NCBI GenBank assembly: GCA_934086935.1
Contig: CAKOIQ010000002.1
Coordinates: forward strand, 4,736 to 68,735
Reading direction: 5' to 3'
Origin: an uncultured Bacilli bacterium
GTDB lineage: Bacteria > Bacillota_I > Bacilli_A > RF39 > UBA660
DNA length: 64,000 nucleotides
A model generated the notes under the pieces. It did no database searches. It saw nothing but the letters and a program-made list of their open reading frames with translations, and had not been told where the DNA came from. The translations under genes and the position numbers were made by a program. Positions 28,451 through 38,594 of the stretch are shown here, piece after piece; positions within the stretch are counted from its first letter, which is position 1, and each line of letters starts with the position of its first letter.

Positions 28451-30943
28451 CTATAGTTTGAAATCATCAATGAAATCATCAATGGTTAATTCTTTTGATT
28501 CGTTTTCTTTTAATTTAGGTAATTCGATTGATTTATCCTCAATTAATTTTAATTCTTTAGAAATAAATGCTTTAACTATTTTTTGTTTAGTTATGACACT
28601 TCCTGTTGAAGCTAGATCATTGATTGGAATTTCACTATTTTTTAAAGTGATAATGTCATTATTACATTTAATACCTATTGTATCTTTAGAGTTTGTGATA
28701 AAGGCACTTAATAATTCATAGTTAGTAGTTTTTACTTTTTTAATTAAAGTTGTACCTCTTTTAGCTCTTGATAAGGTATTTAGATCTTTTAATTTGATTC
28801 TCTTAGCAGTTCCTTGATTAGTGAAAATATCAATGTATTCATCTTCGTCATAATATGTTACACCATTAATTACTTCATCATCTTTTAAGTTAATTCCTTT
28901 AACACCAGAAGTTTTAGGTCCACTTACAGGAATTTCTGATGATTTATAATTTAAATAATAGCCGGTTTTAGTAACTATTAAGACATTTGGTTTAGTAATA
29001 GATACATTAACCACTTCATCATCACCTTTTAATTTAATGGCAGTATATGACTTGTTATAACGGCTTACAATCATATCATTTAATGGGGTTTGTTTAACCA
29101 TACCATTTTTAGTAAAGAATGTAATAGTTGGATTAGTTATGCTTTCATTAATAACATAAACGTTTACTACTTTATCATCAGGATTCATAGTAACAATATT
29201 ACTGATATGTTTACCTAAATCTTTCCATTTACATGCAGGAATTTCATGAATTGGAATATATAAGTAATTACCTAAACTTGTAAAGATACATAATTTATTT
29301 AAAGTATTAGTTTGCATGTAACCAACAACATAGTCTCCTGGTTTAAGAGCAGTTTCACCGTCATTTGAATTATGTGACTTTAATGATACCCTCTTTAAGT
29401 AACCATCGTTTGTTAAAATAAGAATAACATCTTCTTTGTTGATAAGTTCTTTTTCATCTATTTTTAAGTCACTAACTTCTGCTTTTATTTCAGTTTTTCT
29501 AGGAACACCATATTCTTTTTTGATACGACGTAATTCTTCTTTAATAACAGCTTTTAATTTTGATTCATCATTTAAAATAGCTTGTAAGTTTTCAATGATT
29601 TTCTTTAGATTTTCTAATTTTTCCATTAGAACTGTTACATCAGTGTTAGTTAATCTATAAAGTTGTAACATAACAATTGCAGTAGCTTGATCTTCAGTAA
29701 AGTCCCATTTTTTAATTAAGTTTTGAATGGCATCTTGTTTGTTTTTACTTCCTCTAATAACGGCAATAACTTCATCTAAAATTGAGATTGCTTTAACTAA
29801 ACCTTCAGTTATATGCATTTCTTTTTTAGCAAAATCTAAATCAAATTTAGTTCTTTTGGTTATAACGTCTTTTTGATGATCAATATAAGCATCAATTATT
29901 GAAATAATGCCAAGTAAACGTGGTCTTCTTTGATCAATACATACCATATTATAATTGTATGTAGTTTGAAGATCAGTATTTTTAAGAAGATATTTTAAGA
30001 TTAAATCTTTATCTACTCCTGGTTTTAAATCTATAACTATTCTGATAGCTGATTCTTTATCTGATTCATCTCTTACTTCGGCAATACCATCAATTTTCTT
30101 TTCGTATTTAACGTCATCAATTTTTTTAACTAGTAATTGTTTATTTACTTCGAATGGAATTTCAGTAATGACTATTTGTTCTTTGCCTTTATTTTTTTGA
30201 AATTCACATTTTGAGGAAACAATCAATCTTCCTTTACCGGTTTTAAAGGCTTGTTTGATTCCATCTAAACCTTCAATAATACCGCCAGTTGGAAAATCTG
30301 GGCCTTTAATTATTTCATAGATTGAATCTTCATGACAATTAGGACTATCTATTCTTTTGATAACAGCATCACATACTTCGATTAAATTATGTGGTGGAAT
30401 GTTAGTTGCGTATCCGGCAGAAATACCGTTGGTTCCGTTTACTAAAAGATTAGGAAATTTAGCTGGTAATACGGTTGGCTCAAATAAGGTATCTGAATAG
30501 TTAGGAGCCATATTAACAGTATCTTTATCGATATCTTTAAGTAGTTCTTCACTAATTTTTGATAGACGACATTCAGTATAACGATAAGCTGCTGGTGGGT
30601 CTCCATCGATTGAACCGTTGTTACCATCTACTTCAACTAAGGTATGATTTTGTTTCCAGTTTTGACTCATACGGATTAAAGCTTCATAAACTGAAGAATC
30701 ACCATGTGGATGATATTTACCTAATACGTTACCAACGGCATTAGCACATTTTTTAAATTGTTTATCATAAGTGTTTTTATCTTTATACATAGCCCATAAG
30801 ATACGTCTTTGCACTGGTTTTAAGCCATCTCTTACATCAGGGATTGCACGATCTTGAATTATATATTTTGAATAACGAGCAAAGCGGGAACCCATAATTT
30901 CTTCTAAGCTATATTCATGTATTCTCTTAAGTACGTCTTCCAC
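28451..30943 (-). CDS. parC: Type IIA topoisomerase A subunit, probably topoisomerase IV ParC
   Basis: 830 aa with GLKPVQRRILWAMY, the active-site Tyr region and HPHGDSSVYEALIRMSQNWKQNHTLVEVDGNNGSID, which is closer to ParC (GNNGSID) than to GyrA (GNFGSMDGD). No parE/gyrB is adjacent. Confidence 0.7.
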   Translation of the reverse strand: MEDVLKRIHEYSLEEIMGSRFARYSKYIIQDRAIPDVRDGLKPVQRRILWAMYKDKNTYDKQFKKCANAVGNVLGKYHPHGDSSVYEALIRMSQNWKQNHTLVEVDGNNGSIDGDPPAAYRYTECRLSKISEELLKDIDKDTVNMAPNYSDTLFEPTVLPAKFPNLLVNGTNGISAGYATNIPPHNLIEVCDAVIKRIDSPNCHEDSIYEIIKGPDFPTGGIIEGLDGIKQAFKTGKGRLIVSSKCEFQKNKGKEQIVITEIPFEVNKQLLVKKIDDVKYEKKIDGIAEVRDESDKESAIRIVIDLKPGVDKDLILKYLLKNTDLQTTYNYNMVCIDQRRPRLLGIISIIDAYIDHQKDVITKRTKFDLDFAKKEMHITEGLVKAISILDEVIAVIRGSKNKQDAIQNLIKKWDFTEDQATAIVMLQLYRLTNTDVTVLMEKLENLKKIIENLQAILNDESKLKAVIKEELRRIKKEYGVPRKTEIKAEVSDLKIDEKELINKEDVILILTNDGYLKRVSLKSHNSNDGETALKPGDYVVGYMQTNTLNKLCIFTSLGNYLYIPIHEIPACKWKDLGKHISNIVTMNPDDKVVNVYVINESITNPTITFFTKNGMVKQTPLNDMIVSRYNKSYTAIKLKGDDEVVNVSITKPNVLIVTKTGYYLNYKSSEIPVSGPKTSGVKGINLKDDEVINGVTYYDEDEYIDIFTNQGTAKRIKLKDLNTLSRAKRGTTLIKKVKTTNYELLSAFITNSKDTIGIKCNNDIITLKNSEIPINDLASTGSVITKQKIVKAFISKELKLIEDKSIELPKLKENESKELTIDDFIDDFKL

Positions 30944-31017
30944 TTTCTATCACCTATGTCTGATTATAACATAAAATCTAGGATTTTCCCAATAAAAAAG
31001 TAAGATAGCTCTTACTT

Positions 31018-33969
31018 TTAAGATTTAACAACAAATGTTAGACCAGATGGTGTTCCACTACTTGCAGCATTAAAATTATCTGCATCTGTTTGGGTACGTG
31101 CATATCCGGTTGTTGCTTTACTTCCAGAAAACATCTCTGACATGTCTTCTACTAAAGAAGTATTAAATGAACTTAAATCCAATGTTGTTGCGGCACTTTC
31201 ATAAAACATATATGACATATATATAACATTGCTTGTATCAAAACTACTTAAATCTAATGTTGTTGCTTTACTTCCATTAAACATCTCTGACATGTCTTCT
31301 ACTAAAGAAGTATTAAATGAACTTAAATCTAATGTTGTTGCTTTACTTCCAGAAAACATAGATGACATATCATTAACATTACTTGTATCAAAACTACTTA
31401 AATCTAATGAGGTTGCGGCACTAGAATTAAACATTCGTGTCATACTAGTTACTTTTGATGTATTAAATTGATTAAGTCCTTTGATTTCGGTTGCTGCATT
31501 ATAATCAAACATAGAACCCATATTTGTTACTTTTGAGGTATCAAAATTGCTTAAATCTAAACTTGTTGCGACACTATAAGAAAACATGTCTGACATATCA
31601 GCAACATTCGAAGTATTAAATTGATTAAGTCCTTTGATTTCTGTTGCGGCACTGTCAAAAAACATCCAGGACATATCGGTTACTTTTGAGGTATTGAAAT
31701 TACTTAAATCCAATGAGGTTGCTTTACTTCCAGTAAACATATGTGACATATCGGTTACTTTTGTGGTTTTAAGATTAGATAAATCTATGCTTTCTAATTT
31801 GGTATAATATCCAAACATGTATGATGCATTAGATCCAACTATTACTCCATTATCTTGACCAATGTAAAGTTCATATAAGCTATCATTATCTTCATCTAAG
31901 GTATATGCCATAATTGCTCCGTTGTGTTTTGCACCGGCATCCCAGGAAGCTATCGCATTACTTGGTACAATGTTTGTATTTTTAATAACAATCTTTTCTA
32001 CTTGATTTTTGGTTATTGGTCCATTAAATGCTTTTGATGTTGCTGCTTTTGCAGTATCTTGTGCAATTAATGTATCGTTTGCAATTATTATATATGGATT
32101 GCTGACTGTGCCATCTCCACCACTTATTATAGTGTCTGATTTTAAAGCAATAACTGGACGATATGCTACATTGTTGCTTGTTGAAATTGTTGGAGTAACA
32201 TAATTATTCTTTATTCCATAAACAGATGGAGTAGAATTTTTATAATCAGCTGGGGTTATTGTATAATATGCATAATTATTTGCTGCTGACGAATATAAAT
32301 AACTTTTGTTGTTACCAATATATGCTTTATCATAGCCAATTGATAATCCAGCAAATAAGGCTTCATCTGCTGTTAACATTCCAACCTTTGATTTTAGACC
32401 TGTTGTAACAGATGCGTTTCTATATGAAGGACTCGTTTCACTATAATTTCCAATTTGTGGAGTTGACGATACGACTAAACCTCCAGATGGACAACTATAT
32501 GTTGGGTTTGGTATGTTGTTGTTATAAGATTTATTAAATTTTTGAAGTCCTGAAAATGCAATGCTATTGACATTGTCATATAATGTTGGATTATAGTTTT
32601 TATTTCTGATTGAAGTATCATTACAATAAATTATATCTTCTAAATAGTCATTATAGTTTGATAGATTGTTTGTAGCCCAGGTGGACAAGACAGTTTCTGC
32701 ATTGCTTCCCTTAAAATCTGAAGTTGCAGCGGTTCCATAAGTTCCTGTTTGAACTGTACCGGAATTTTTTATAAATGGATTACTAGATGAACAACTTGAT
32801 CCATCCCCATTTTCTAATACTAATTTTATAGCTCCATTACCCATTACTCTGACAATTCTCCAACATTTGCCGGCAAATTGAACATAATTATTTTGAACAT
32901 TGCCTCTAAAATAGTATGAGACACTGTATTCGTCTGGTTCTGATGACATGATTGCTTCATCACTACTTAGTTCTGATGATTTAGTTTGATATGAATAATA
33001 CATATAATATGTTGAATTATCAGAACCTACTTGAACATCATTTACGTAGAATACGTCACCGTTTTCATTATCAAAGGATATGTATTTTCCTTTTAGTGTT
33101 CCTTGTAAATTAGTATTTGATAAAACTAATGACGTAGGATTGGATAAAGAATATGTTCCATTAACATTTTTAGTTCTGGAAGCACTGTAATAAATAGTTT
33201 TTCCAGCAATTGATGATAAATCTGCTTTATGCACAGTTCCATCATTTATAGTTGTTGATGCGACTACTGCTGATGGTTCTAATCCTGGAGTGGATACAGG
33301 AGTTTGTACCTTATTTGCTTTATTATTTCTTAGGGCGTAAAGTAACGTTCCATCTTCTGAACTATACCAATTGCTAGGTGCGGCAAAGTTGGCCTTACTC
33401 CATGTTACGATTGTACCAACTACAGCAAGGTTTGCTTCAAATTTTTGGTTAATCATTGTATTATCTGAAACTGCTATAATAATATTCATGCGATAGGTTT
33501 GAGTTCCGTTTGCTGGTAAAAAATCTGTATATACTCCAGACATTTGTAAACCGGTATCGGTAGTTATTGTAGGTGCAGATGATAATAATAGTGCGCGTTC
33601 TAAATTATATTCATTAACTCTGTTAACAGCTATTTGAATTTTATTCGTTGCTATGGTTGTCGTACTTTTATTTTGAACGCCAATATCAATTTTTATATCA
33701 CGTGAGCATTTATTTGTTACTTTAAAAGTATAATAGTCACCATCATTCCATAAGCTATTAAAATTAGTGCTACGATCTACACTTTTACTTATGACATGGT
33801 TATCACTTTCAAATTTAATTGTTGCACAATCTGTTGTTTTTAATAAATGTTCTTTGCTATCAGTTCCTGTAACAGAAAAATAGGCATATGAAGTACCTGC
33901 TAATAGAATAATGGCAAATAAAATGCTGCATAATAAAATAAGTTTATTTTTTAAGATAGCTTTTTCCAT
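31018..33969 (-). CDS. Large secreted DUF285-repeat surface protein with TasA/SipW-cognate-like signal peptide
   Basis: 983 aa. The N-terminus MEKAILKNKLILLCSILFAIILLAGTSYAYFSVTGTD resembles the TasA/camelysin-type signal. A long Ser/Thr/Asn-rich beta-rich region follows, then 11 or more tandem DUF285-type repeats (LDLSNFNTSKVTDMSWMF...). It ends with the conserved tail TGYARTQTDADNFNAASSGTPSGLTFVVKS. A hairpin terminator lies at about 30990-31015. Confidence 0.75.
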   Translation of the reverse strand: MEKAILKNKLILLCSILFAIILLAGTSYAYFSVTGTDSKEHLLKTTDCATIKFESDNHVISKSVDRSTNFNSLWNDGDYYTFKVTNKCSRDIKIDIGVQNKSTTTIATNKIQIAVNRVNEYNLERALLLSSAPTITTDTGLQMSGVYTDFLPANGTQTYRMNIIIAVSDNTMINQKFEANLAVVGTIVTWSKANFAAPSNWYSSEDGTLLYALRNNKANKVQTPVSTPGLEPSAVVASTTINDGTVHKADLSSIAGKTIYYSASRTKNVNGTYSLSNPTSLVLSNTNLQGTLKGKYISFDNENGDVFYVNDVQVGSDNSTYYMYYSYQTKSSELSSDEAIMSSEPDEYSVSYYFRGNVQNNYVQFAGKCWRIVRVMGNGAIKLVLENGDGSSCSSSNPFIKNSGTVQTGTYGTAATSDFKGSNAETVLSTWATNNLSNYNDYLEDIIYCNDTSIRNKNYNPTLYDNVNSIAFSGLQKFNKSYNNNIPNPTYSCPSGGLVVSSTPQIGNYSETSPSYRNASVTTGLKSKVGMLTADEALFAGLSIGYDKAYIGNNKSYLYSSAANNYAYYTITPADYKNSTPSVYGIKNNYVTPTISTSNNVAYRPVIALKSDTIISGGDGTVSNPYIIIANDTLIAQDTAKAATSKAFNGPITKNQVEKIVIKNTNIVPSNAIASWDAGAKHNGAIMAYTLDEDNDSLYELYIGQDNGVIVGSNASYMFGYYTKLESIDLSNLKTTKVTDMSHMFTGSKATSLDLSNFNTSKVTDMSWMFFDSAATEIKGLNQFNTSNVADMSDMFSYSVATSLDLSNFDTSKVTNMGSMFDYNAATEIKGLNQFNTSKVTSMTRMFNSSAATSLDLSSFDTSNVNDMSSMFSGSKATTLDLSSFNTSLVEDMSEMFNGSKATTLDLSSFDTSNVIYMSYMFYESAATTLDLSSFNTSLVEDMSEMFSGSKATTGYARTQTDADNFNAASSGTPSGLTFVVKS
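31100..31833 (-). repeat. Intragenic tandem DNA repeats encoding DUF285 units (about 141-nt / 47-aa double-unit period)
   Basis: For example, gacatgtcttctactaaagaagtattaaatgaacttaaat recurs at 31140 and 31281 (141-nt offset), and further degenerate copies extend through 31830. Confidence 0.7.
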
Positions 33970-34048
33970 TTTTCCCTATCCTTCCCTATAATAAAAGAAT
34001 ATCATTTTTAGATTGATTAGTCAATTATTCAAATAAAAAAAGTAAGTT

Positions 34049-34333
34049 TTACTTTTCGTATACGCTTACTTTTTTCTTATCTCTTCCTAATCTTTCATAC
34101 TTTACTGTTCCATCAATTAGAGCATATAATGTATGATCTTTACCCATTCCAACATTTTTGCCTGGATAGATTTTTGTACCTCTTTGACGATATATAATTG
34201 AACCTGCTTTAGCTGTTTGTCCATCAGCAAGTTTAGCACCTAATCTACGACCTTCAGAATCTCTACCATTTTGAGTAGAACCTTGAGCTTTAACATGAGC
34301 AAAACGTTGAATGTTTAATTTAATAAATAACAT
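34049..34333 (-). CDS. rpmA: 50S ribosomal protein L27 with N-terminal propeptide
   Basis: [12 protein letters not shown]|[22 protein letters not shown]... The Firmicute-type N-terminal extension is cleaved by Prp before the conserved (A)HKKGxGST region. Confidence 0.85.
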   Translation of the reverse strand: MLFIKLNIQRFAHVKAQGSTQNGRDSEGRRLGAKLADGQTAKAGSIIYRQRGTKIYPGKNVGMGKDHTLYALIDGTVKYERLGRDKKKVSVYEK

Positions 34334-34335
34334 TA

Positions 34336-34641
34336 TTATTCCTCACTTTCAACTTTAATATTTTTAGGATAATCTTTGCTTAAAGAAATTAACATTTCTT
34401 TAAGATTATCTAATAGTTTTTGACAAAGTTCATCTTCTTTAATTAAAACAATAGTAATTTTATCACCATCATCAGAATATTCCATAGCATTTGGATTAAC
34501 AATATGAATATCATTAACACTTGCTGTTACTAAACTAGAAACAGCAGCACATACTATGTCTTTGCCATAATTATCAAAATTAGCATGACCACTTATAGAA
34601 ACTAAGTTGTCATTTAATTTAACTTTTATCATCTTAACCAA
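34336..34641 (-). CDS. prp: Ribosomal-processing cysteine protease Prp (YsxB)
   Basis: 101 aa located between rplU and rpmA, with [18 protein letters not shown] (catalytic His/Cys dyad region). Confidence 0.75.
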   Translation of the reverse strand: MVKMIKVKLNDNLVSISGHANFDNYGKDIVCAAVSSLVTASVNDIHIVNPNAMEYSDDGDKITIVLIKEDELCQKLLDNLKEMLISLSKDYPKNIKVESEE

Positions 34642-34933
34642 CTATTTTCTTAATTATTAATTTAGTATAAGGTTGTCTATGACCTTTTTTAAGACGATAT
34701 TTTTTCTTTGGTCTGTATTTAAATACTACAACTTTCTTTTGTTTACCATGTTTAGCAACTTCACAAGTAACTTTTGCGCCTTTAACATAAGGAGTTCCAG
34801 TTTTATCTCCAACAGATAATACATCAGTAAAATCAATTGTAGAACCTTCAGTAGCTTCTAATTTTTCAACAAAGATTTCATCGCCTTCAGCAACATAGTA
34901 TTGTTTTCCACCAGTTACAAATATAGCTTTCAT
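34634..34933 (-). CDS. rplU: 50S ribosomal protein L21
   Basis: [25 protein letters not shown]... is a canonical L21. Confidence 0.85.
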   Translation of the reverse strand: MKAIFVTGGKQYYVAEGDEIFVEKLEATEGSTIDFTDVLSVGDKTGTPYVKGAKVTCEVAKHGKQKKVVVFKYRPKKKYRLKKGHRQPYTKLIIKKIVG

Positions 34934-35061
34934 TAATCTTTCCTCCCATCTAAAATTTAGGACACGCCTTTAAGGTGTAGATAAACTAACTTTTAACCTT
35001 TTTAGTGCGGTTTATAAATTAATTACAAACAATAAGATAATAACAAAGAAATACTTAAAAG
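34934..35061 (-). promoter_or_regulatory. Possible L21 (rplU) 5' leader structure
   Basis: The 128-nt untranslated region between spoIVFB and rplU contains a GC-richer imperfect hairpin (ACACCTTTAAGGCGTGT) in the position where Firmicutes carry the autoregulatory L21 leader. Confidence 0.25.
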
Positions 35062-35808
35062 TCAATTAATATTAGGAAATATATGTGTTTTTAGATATTT
35101 TTCTTCGGGAATATTATTAATAAAATTATATTTATTCTTATATAAACTATTGATATTATTAATATATTTTATTTTCTTATGTTTAACGTGATAAAGAGTT
35201 CTTTCAATTAAGAAATTATGATAAATATAATTAGTATTTTTAATATTTTCAATAATTTTAATTAATAAATAAATTATTATTATAATTATACTTAAGTTAT
35301 TAAAATTAGTTAGGATTAAAATTATTAAAGAAATAATACTTATTAGATTTATGAGTTTAATAGTAGTCAAATATTTAAATAGGCATTCTACTCCACTTTT
35401 AAGTATTTTAGAACCATCTAAAGATACAATTGGGATTAAATTGAATATCATAATTAATTTATTATAGTAATTAAAAATATTAATACTAATTTCATTAATT
35501 AAACCGTATGTATGAAGATAATTCATTATAAATGATAATATTAACTGAAATAAAATACCAGCAATACTTATAATAAATATTTTGTAACTTGCGGTGTTTA
35601 ATTTTAAATCAGAATTAATAATACTTCCAAAAGGAAGTATAATGATGTTATTTATTTTAATTTTAAATAATTTTAAGAAAAAAATGTGACCTAAATCATG
35701 AATAATTAAAATTAAACTTATAATCAATAAATAGTTAAAATAACCACATAATAAAATACTTAATAATAATAGATAAGTAGTTATATTAATTTTAAATATA
35801 TTCTTCAT
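35062..35808 (-). CDS. spoIVFB: Stage IV sporulation protein FB (site-2 zinc metalloprotease that processes pro-sigma-K)
   Basis: Polytopic membrane protein with HDLGH (HExxH variant) and NLIPIVSLDGSKIL (LDG motif) typical of S2P/SpoIVFB. It sits in the conserved spoIVFA-spoIVFB-rplU position. Confidence 0.65.
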   Translation of the reverse strand: MKNIFKINITTYLLLLSILLCGYFNYLLIISLILIIHDLGHIFFLKLFKIKINNIIILPFGSIINSDLKLNTASYKIFIISIAGILFQLILSFIMNYLHTYGLINEISINIFNYYNKLIMIFNLIPIVSLDGSKILKSGVECLFKYLTTIKLINLISIISLIILILTNFNNLSIIIIIIYLLIKIIENIKNTNYIYHNFLIERTLYHVKHKKIKYINNINSLYKNKYNFINNIPEEKYLKTHIFPNIN

Positions 35809-36319
35809 AATTTAAGAATTTTCCATCTTTCATAAATAAAACATATAATTTATTATCTTTGGCAGTTGCTATAATATTATCTGATTCAATATAATCATAT
35901 ATTTTTACATTAATATTTTCAACGTTTGAATACCAATAATCAATACCATCCATACCTTGAATAATAATTGTTTTACCATAATCTTCTTTTTCACCAACAA
36001 AGACAACTATTCCGCTTTTAAAAGGATATACTGTATTAATATTATTTATAACAGCACCATCTTTGTAAGTATTATAATCAGTATAATTAGTGTTATGGTT
36101 AGCGTTGATTATTTTTTCATCAGCAGGTAATACTTTACCAAAATATTTATTATAAATTTTAGTTATTTTACTAAAATTAAAACTTTTATCATAAATATTA
36201 TTTTTAAATAATAATAAGTTTTTATCACTATAATTAACAAATATTGAAGTTATTAAAAATAATATTATACATATTAATACTTTAATTAAAAATGATTTAA
36301 TATATCTTTTTTCTTTCAT
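35792..36319 (-). CDS. spoIVFA: Stage IV sporulation protein FA-like (membrane-anchored degenerate LytM/M23 domain)
   Basis: 175 aa with an N-terminal TM and a C-terminal M23-like beta-rich region (GIVVFVGEKEDYGKTIIIQGMDGIDYWYSNVENINVK). It overlaps the spoIVFB start, with synteny as in B. subtilis. Confidence 0.5.
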   Translation of the reverse strand: MKEKRYIKSFLIKVLICIILFLITSIFVNYSDKNLLLFKNNIYDKSFNFSKITKIYNKYFGKVLPADEKIINANHNTNYTDYNTYKDGAVINNINTVYPFKSGIVVFVGEKEDYGKTIIIQGMDGIDYWYSNVENINVKIYDYIESDNIIATAKDNKLYVLFMKDGKFLNYEEYI

Positions 36320-36330
36320 GATTCACCTAC

Positions 36331-36705
36331 TTAACTATATTTATTTTCAAGATATTTTAGACCTATATAAAAATATAATAGATTATAGAAAAGATTATTA
36401 ATTAATAACTTAATAATATATAGATTAAACTTATTAAAAATACTATAAATAATAATTCCAAAAATAAAATAATAGATTATAATAGTGATATATTTATTTA
36501 TAAAATTATTATTTAAATAATTAAATATTTTTAAGTTTAAGAAATAAAGTAAAATTAATATTATAGTTATAAATGGAATACCGTTAATTAGAATATCTAT
36601 TAATAAGATAATGTAAATTTTTTTATTATTTAAATGATAAATATTAAGTAAGACTGTAAATAATAAGATATTAGTATAATTATAAGTTATAAAATCAATT
36701 ATCAT
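36331..36705 (-). CDS. mreD: Rod shape-determining protein MreD-like
   Basis: 124-aa highly hydrophobic protein with 4-5 TM helices, immediately downstream of the mreC-like gene. Confidence 0.4.
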   Translation of the reverse strand: MIIDFITYNYTNILLFTVLLNIYHLNNKKIYIILLIDILINGIPFITIILILLYFLNLKIFNYLNNNFINKYITIIIYYFIFGIIIYSIFNKFNLYIIKLLINNLFYNLLYFYIGLKYLENKYS

Positions 36706-36707
36706 AC

Positions 36708-37355
36708 TTACCTACTTATAACTGCAACATAATTAATATTTTCTATTTTGGGTATTTCTACTATAATAGTTGTATCTAATACTTCATAGTTTATTTTAAT
36801 TACTTTACCTATATAAGTATCATATAAACTATAAACATAATCATTTATATTAATGTTACTGTAATTAGTTAACTCTCCTATTATGAGATTATTATTTTTG
36901 TCTTTATTAATTATTTTACCGTTTATGTTATCTATTTTAATAGTTAGATTAGTATTATATATGTATGTCATTTCGCTAAAATTTGAATTTAATTTGGTAA
37001 TAATTCCAATTAAGCCATGTTCGTTAATCACTTCGTCATTTAGATTATATTTACCATTTATATTTAGTTTATTAAAGTTATAATTATTTTTTATAGTATT
37101 TGATATAGAGTAACTATTTTCTATTTTAATGGTATTTTTAAAATTAAGTAATTCTTTATATTCTTTTTCTAATTGTTTATTTTGATTTTTTAAAGTTTCG
37201 ATTTCTAAATTATTATTTTTTATATACATTAAGTTATTAATATTATGCATGATTGGTTCTTTTAAAATTATGAGTAGGAATAAAATAATAAAGCTTAAAT
37301 AGTTATACTTCATTTTTAACACCATTATCAAAGAAACTATAATATTCTTTACCAT
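36708..37355 (-). CDS. mreC: Rod shape-determining protein MreC-like
   Basis: N-terminal TM, a coiled coil (LEIETLKNQNKQLEKEYKELLNFKN), then a beta domain with GLIGIITKL (MreC GLVGxV motif). The start is probably at M15 (about 37313). Confidence 0.55.
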   Translation of the reverse strand: MVKNIIVSLIMVLKMKYNYLSFIILFLLIILKEPIMHNINNLMYIKNNNLEIETLKNQNKQLEKEYKELLNFKNTIKIENSYSISNTIKNNYNFNKLNINGKYNLNDEVINEHGLIGIITKLNSNFSEMTYIYNTNLTIKIDNINGKIINKDKNNNLIIGELTNYSNININDYVYSLYDTYIGKVIKINYEVLDTTIIVEIPKIENINYVAVISR

Positions 37356-37986
37356 TTGTTATGATATGATCTATTAAAGGTATTCCAATTACTTTACCTG
37401 TTTCAATTATATTATTGGTTAATATTTTATCAGCCATACTTGGATTTACTATTCCTGAAGGATGATTATGCATTAAGATAAGAGCATCTGCTCTTTCTCT
37501 TATAGCATAGTTAAAGATTTCTTTAGGGCTTGCATAAGAGGCATTACTGGTTCCTTTATACATTTTCTTATAACTTATTAAACGTTTCTTATTATCGATT
37601 AAAATAACTAATAATTCTTCTTGCTTAGAATAAGAAATTAAACTAGAAAAGTATTCATTAATTGTTTGAGGATTATTAATAAGAATTCGGTCATTAATAG
37701 TTTTACTTAAGACTCTTTTTCCTAATTCAATTGAAGAGACTAAAGTTAAAGTTTTAGCTTTGCCTAAACCTTTTATTGATGTTAATTCAGAAATAGTTAA
37801 TTCATCTAAACTTTCAATACTATTAATTTTAGATAGAATAATAGAACTTAATTCTTTGACATTACAATTTTTAGTACCTGTTCCAATTATTATAGATATT
37901 AAATCTTCATTGCTTAAGTTTTCAACTCCATATTTAATTAATCTTTCACGTGGTTTTTCAGAATCAGGATACTTCTTTAAATTCAT
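37303..37986 (-). CDS. radC: RadC-family JAB-domain protein
   Basis: 227 aa with a helix-hairpin-helix N-terminus and the JAMM-like motif HNHPSG (ILMHNHPSGIVNPSMAD). Confidence 0.8.
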   Translation of the reverse strand: MNLKKYPDSEKPRERLIKYGVENLSNEDLISIIIGTGTKNCNVKELSSIILSKINSIESLDELTISELTSIKGLGKAKTLTLVSSIELGKRVLSKTINDRILINNPQTINEYFSSLISYSKQEELLVILIDNKKRLISYKKMYKGTSNASYASPKEIFNYAIRERADALILMHNHPSGIVNPSMADKILTNNIIETGKVIGIPLIDHIITNGKEYYSFFDNGVKNEV

Positions 37987-38414
37987 ATTTTTTCACCATA
38001 ACTTTCTAAGATTAAATCATTGATGCTTTTAAAGGTTTTTGTACTAGCTTCTTTCATAGTATTTTCATAGTTATTTAGAGCGGATATTAAACCACTATCA
38101 CTTACAATTATTTCTTTTTCAAAGTAAGATATTTTTTGCTCATTTAAATAATTTCTCATTTTTTCGATGACATCATTATTTGTTAAAACACTATAAAATA
38201 CTCTATAGACATCATCATCTGCTACAATAATAGAATTCGGATATTTATTTTGATATGTTTTAGCGGCATCAATATTTGTAAAAACACCAATTTGAAATCC
38301 AGTTGCATTTATTTCTTTATGTCTTATACTAGTAGGTAAATTACGATCAAAAACTAAAACTCCAATTCCTGCTCCAAATAAAATTGCTAAAATGTAAGGT
38401 ATTATTTTTTTCAT
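37983..38414 (-). CDS. Membrane-anchored hypothetical protein (143 aa)
   Basis: N-terminal TM (IIPYILAILFGAGIGVLVF) and a small extracytoplasmic domain. It overlaps the radC start. Confidence 0.35.
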   Translation of the reverse strand: MKKIIPYILAILFGAGIGVLVFDRNLPTSIRHKEINATGFQIGVFTNIDAAKTYQNKYPNSIIVADDDVYRVFYSVLTNNDVIEKMRNYLNEQKISYFEKEIIVSDSGLISALNNYENTMKEASTKTFKSINDLILESYGEKI

Positions 38415-38594
38415 ATCATCACCATAAATACTATATAATAAATATCTTAATTTATTTGTCGAATTGTGCCTTATATTATTTATATTAACGATAATTTAAT
38501 TATTTCCTTTAATTAAAAATAATAGACTTTTTTTAGTCTATTATTTTTAGATATCTATCTATAATGCATCAATATAAAAAGAATAGCTTTGAAT

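Noticed and set aside
31018-31110. Conserved C-terminal tail TGYARTQTDAxxFNASS...SGLxFVVKS as a novel cell-surface sorting signal
   Set aside because: It has no hydrophobic anchor and no sortase-like motif. 'FNASS' aligns with the FNTS/FDTS core of the DUF285 unit, so it is more simply a degenerate capping repeat. The DNA-level conservation is reported as a finding.
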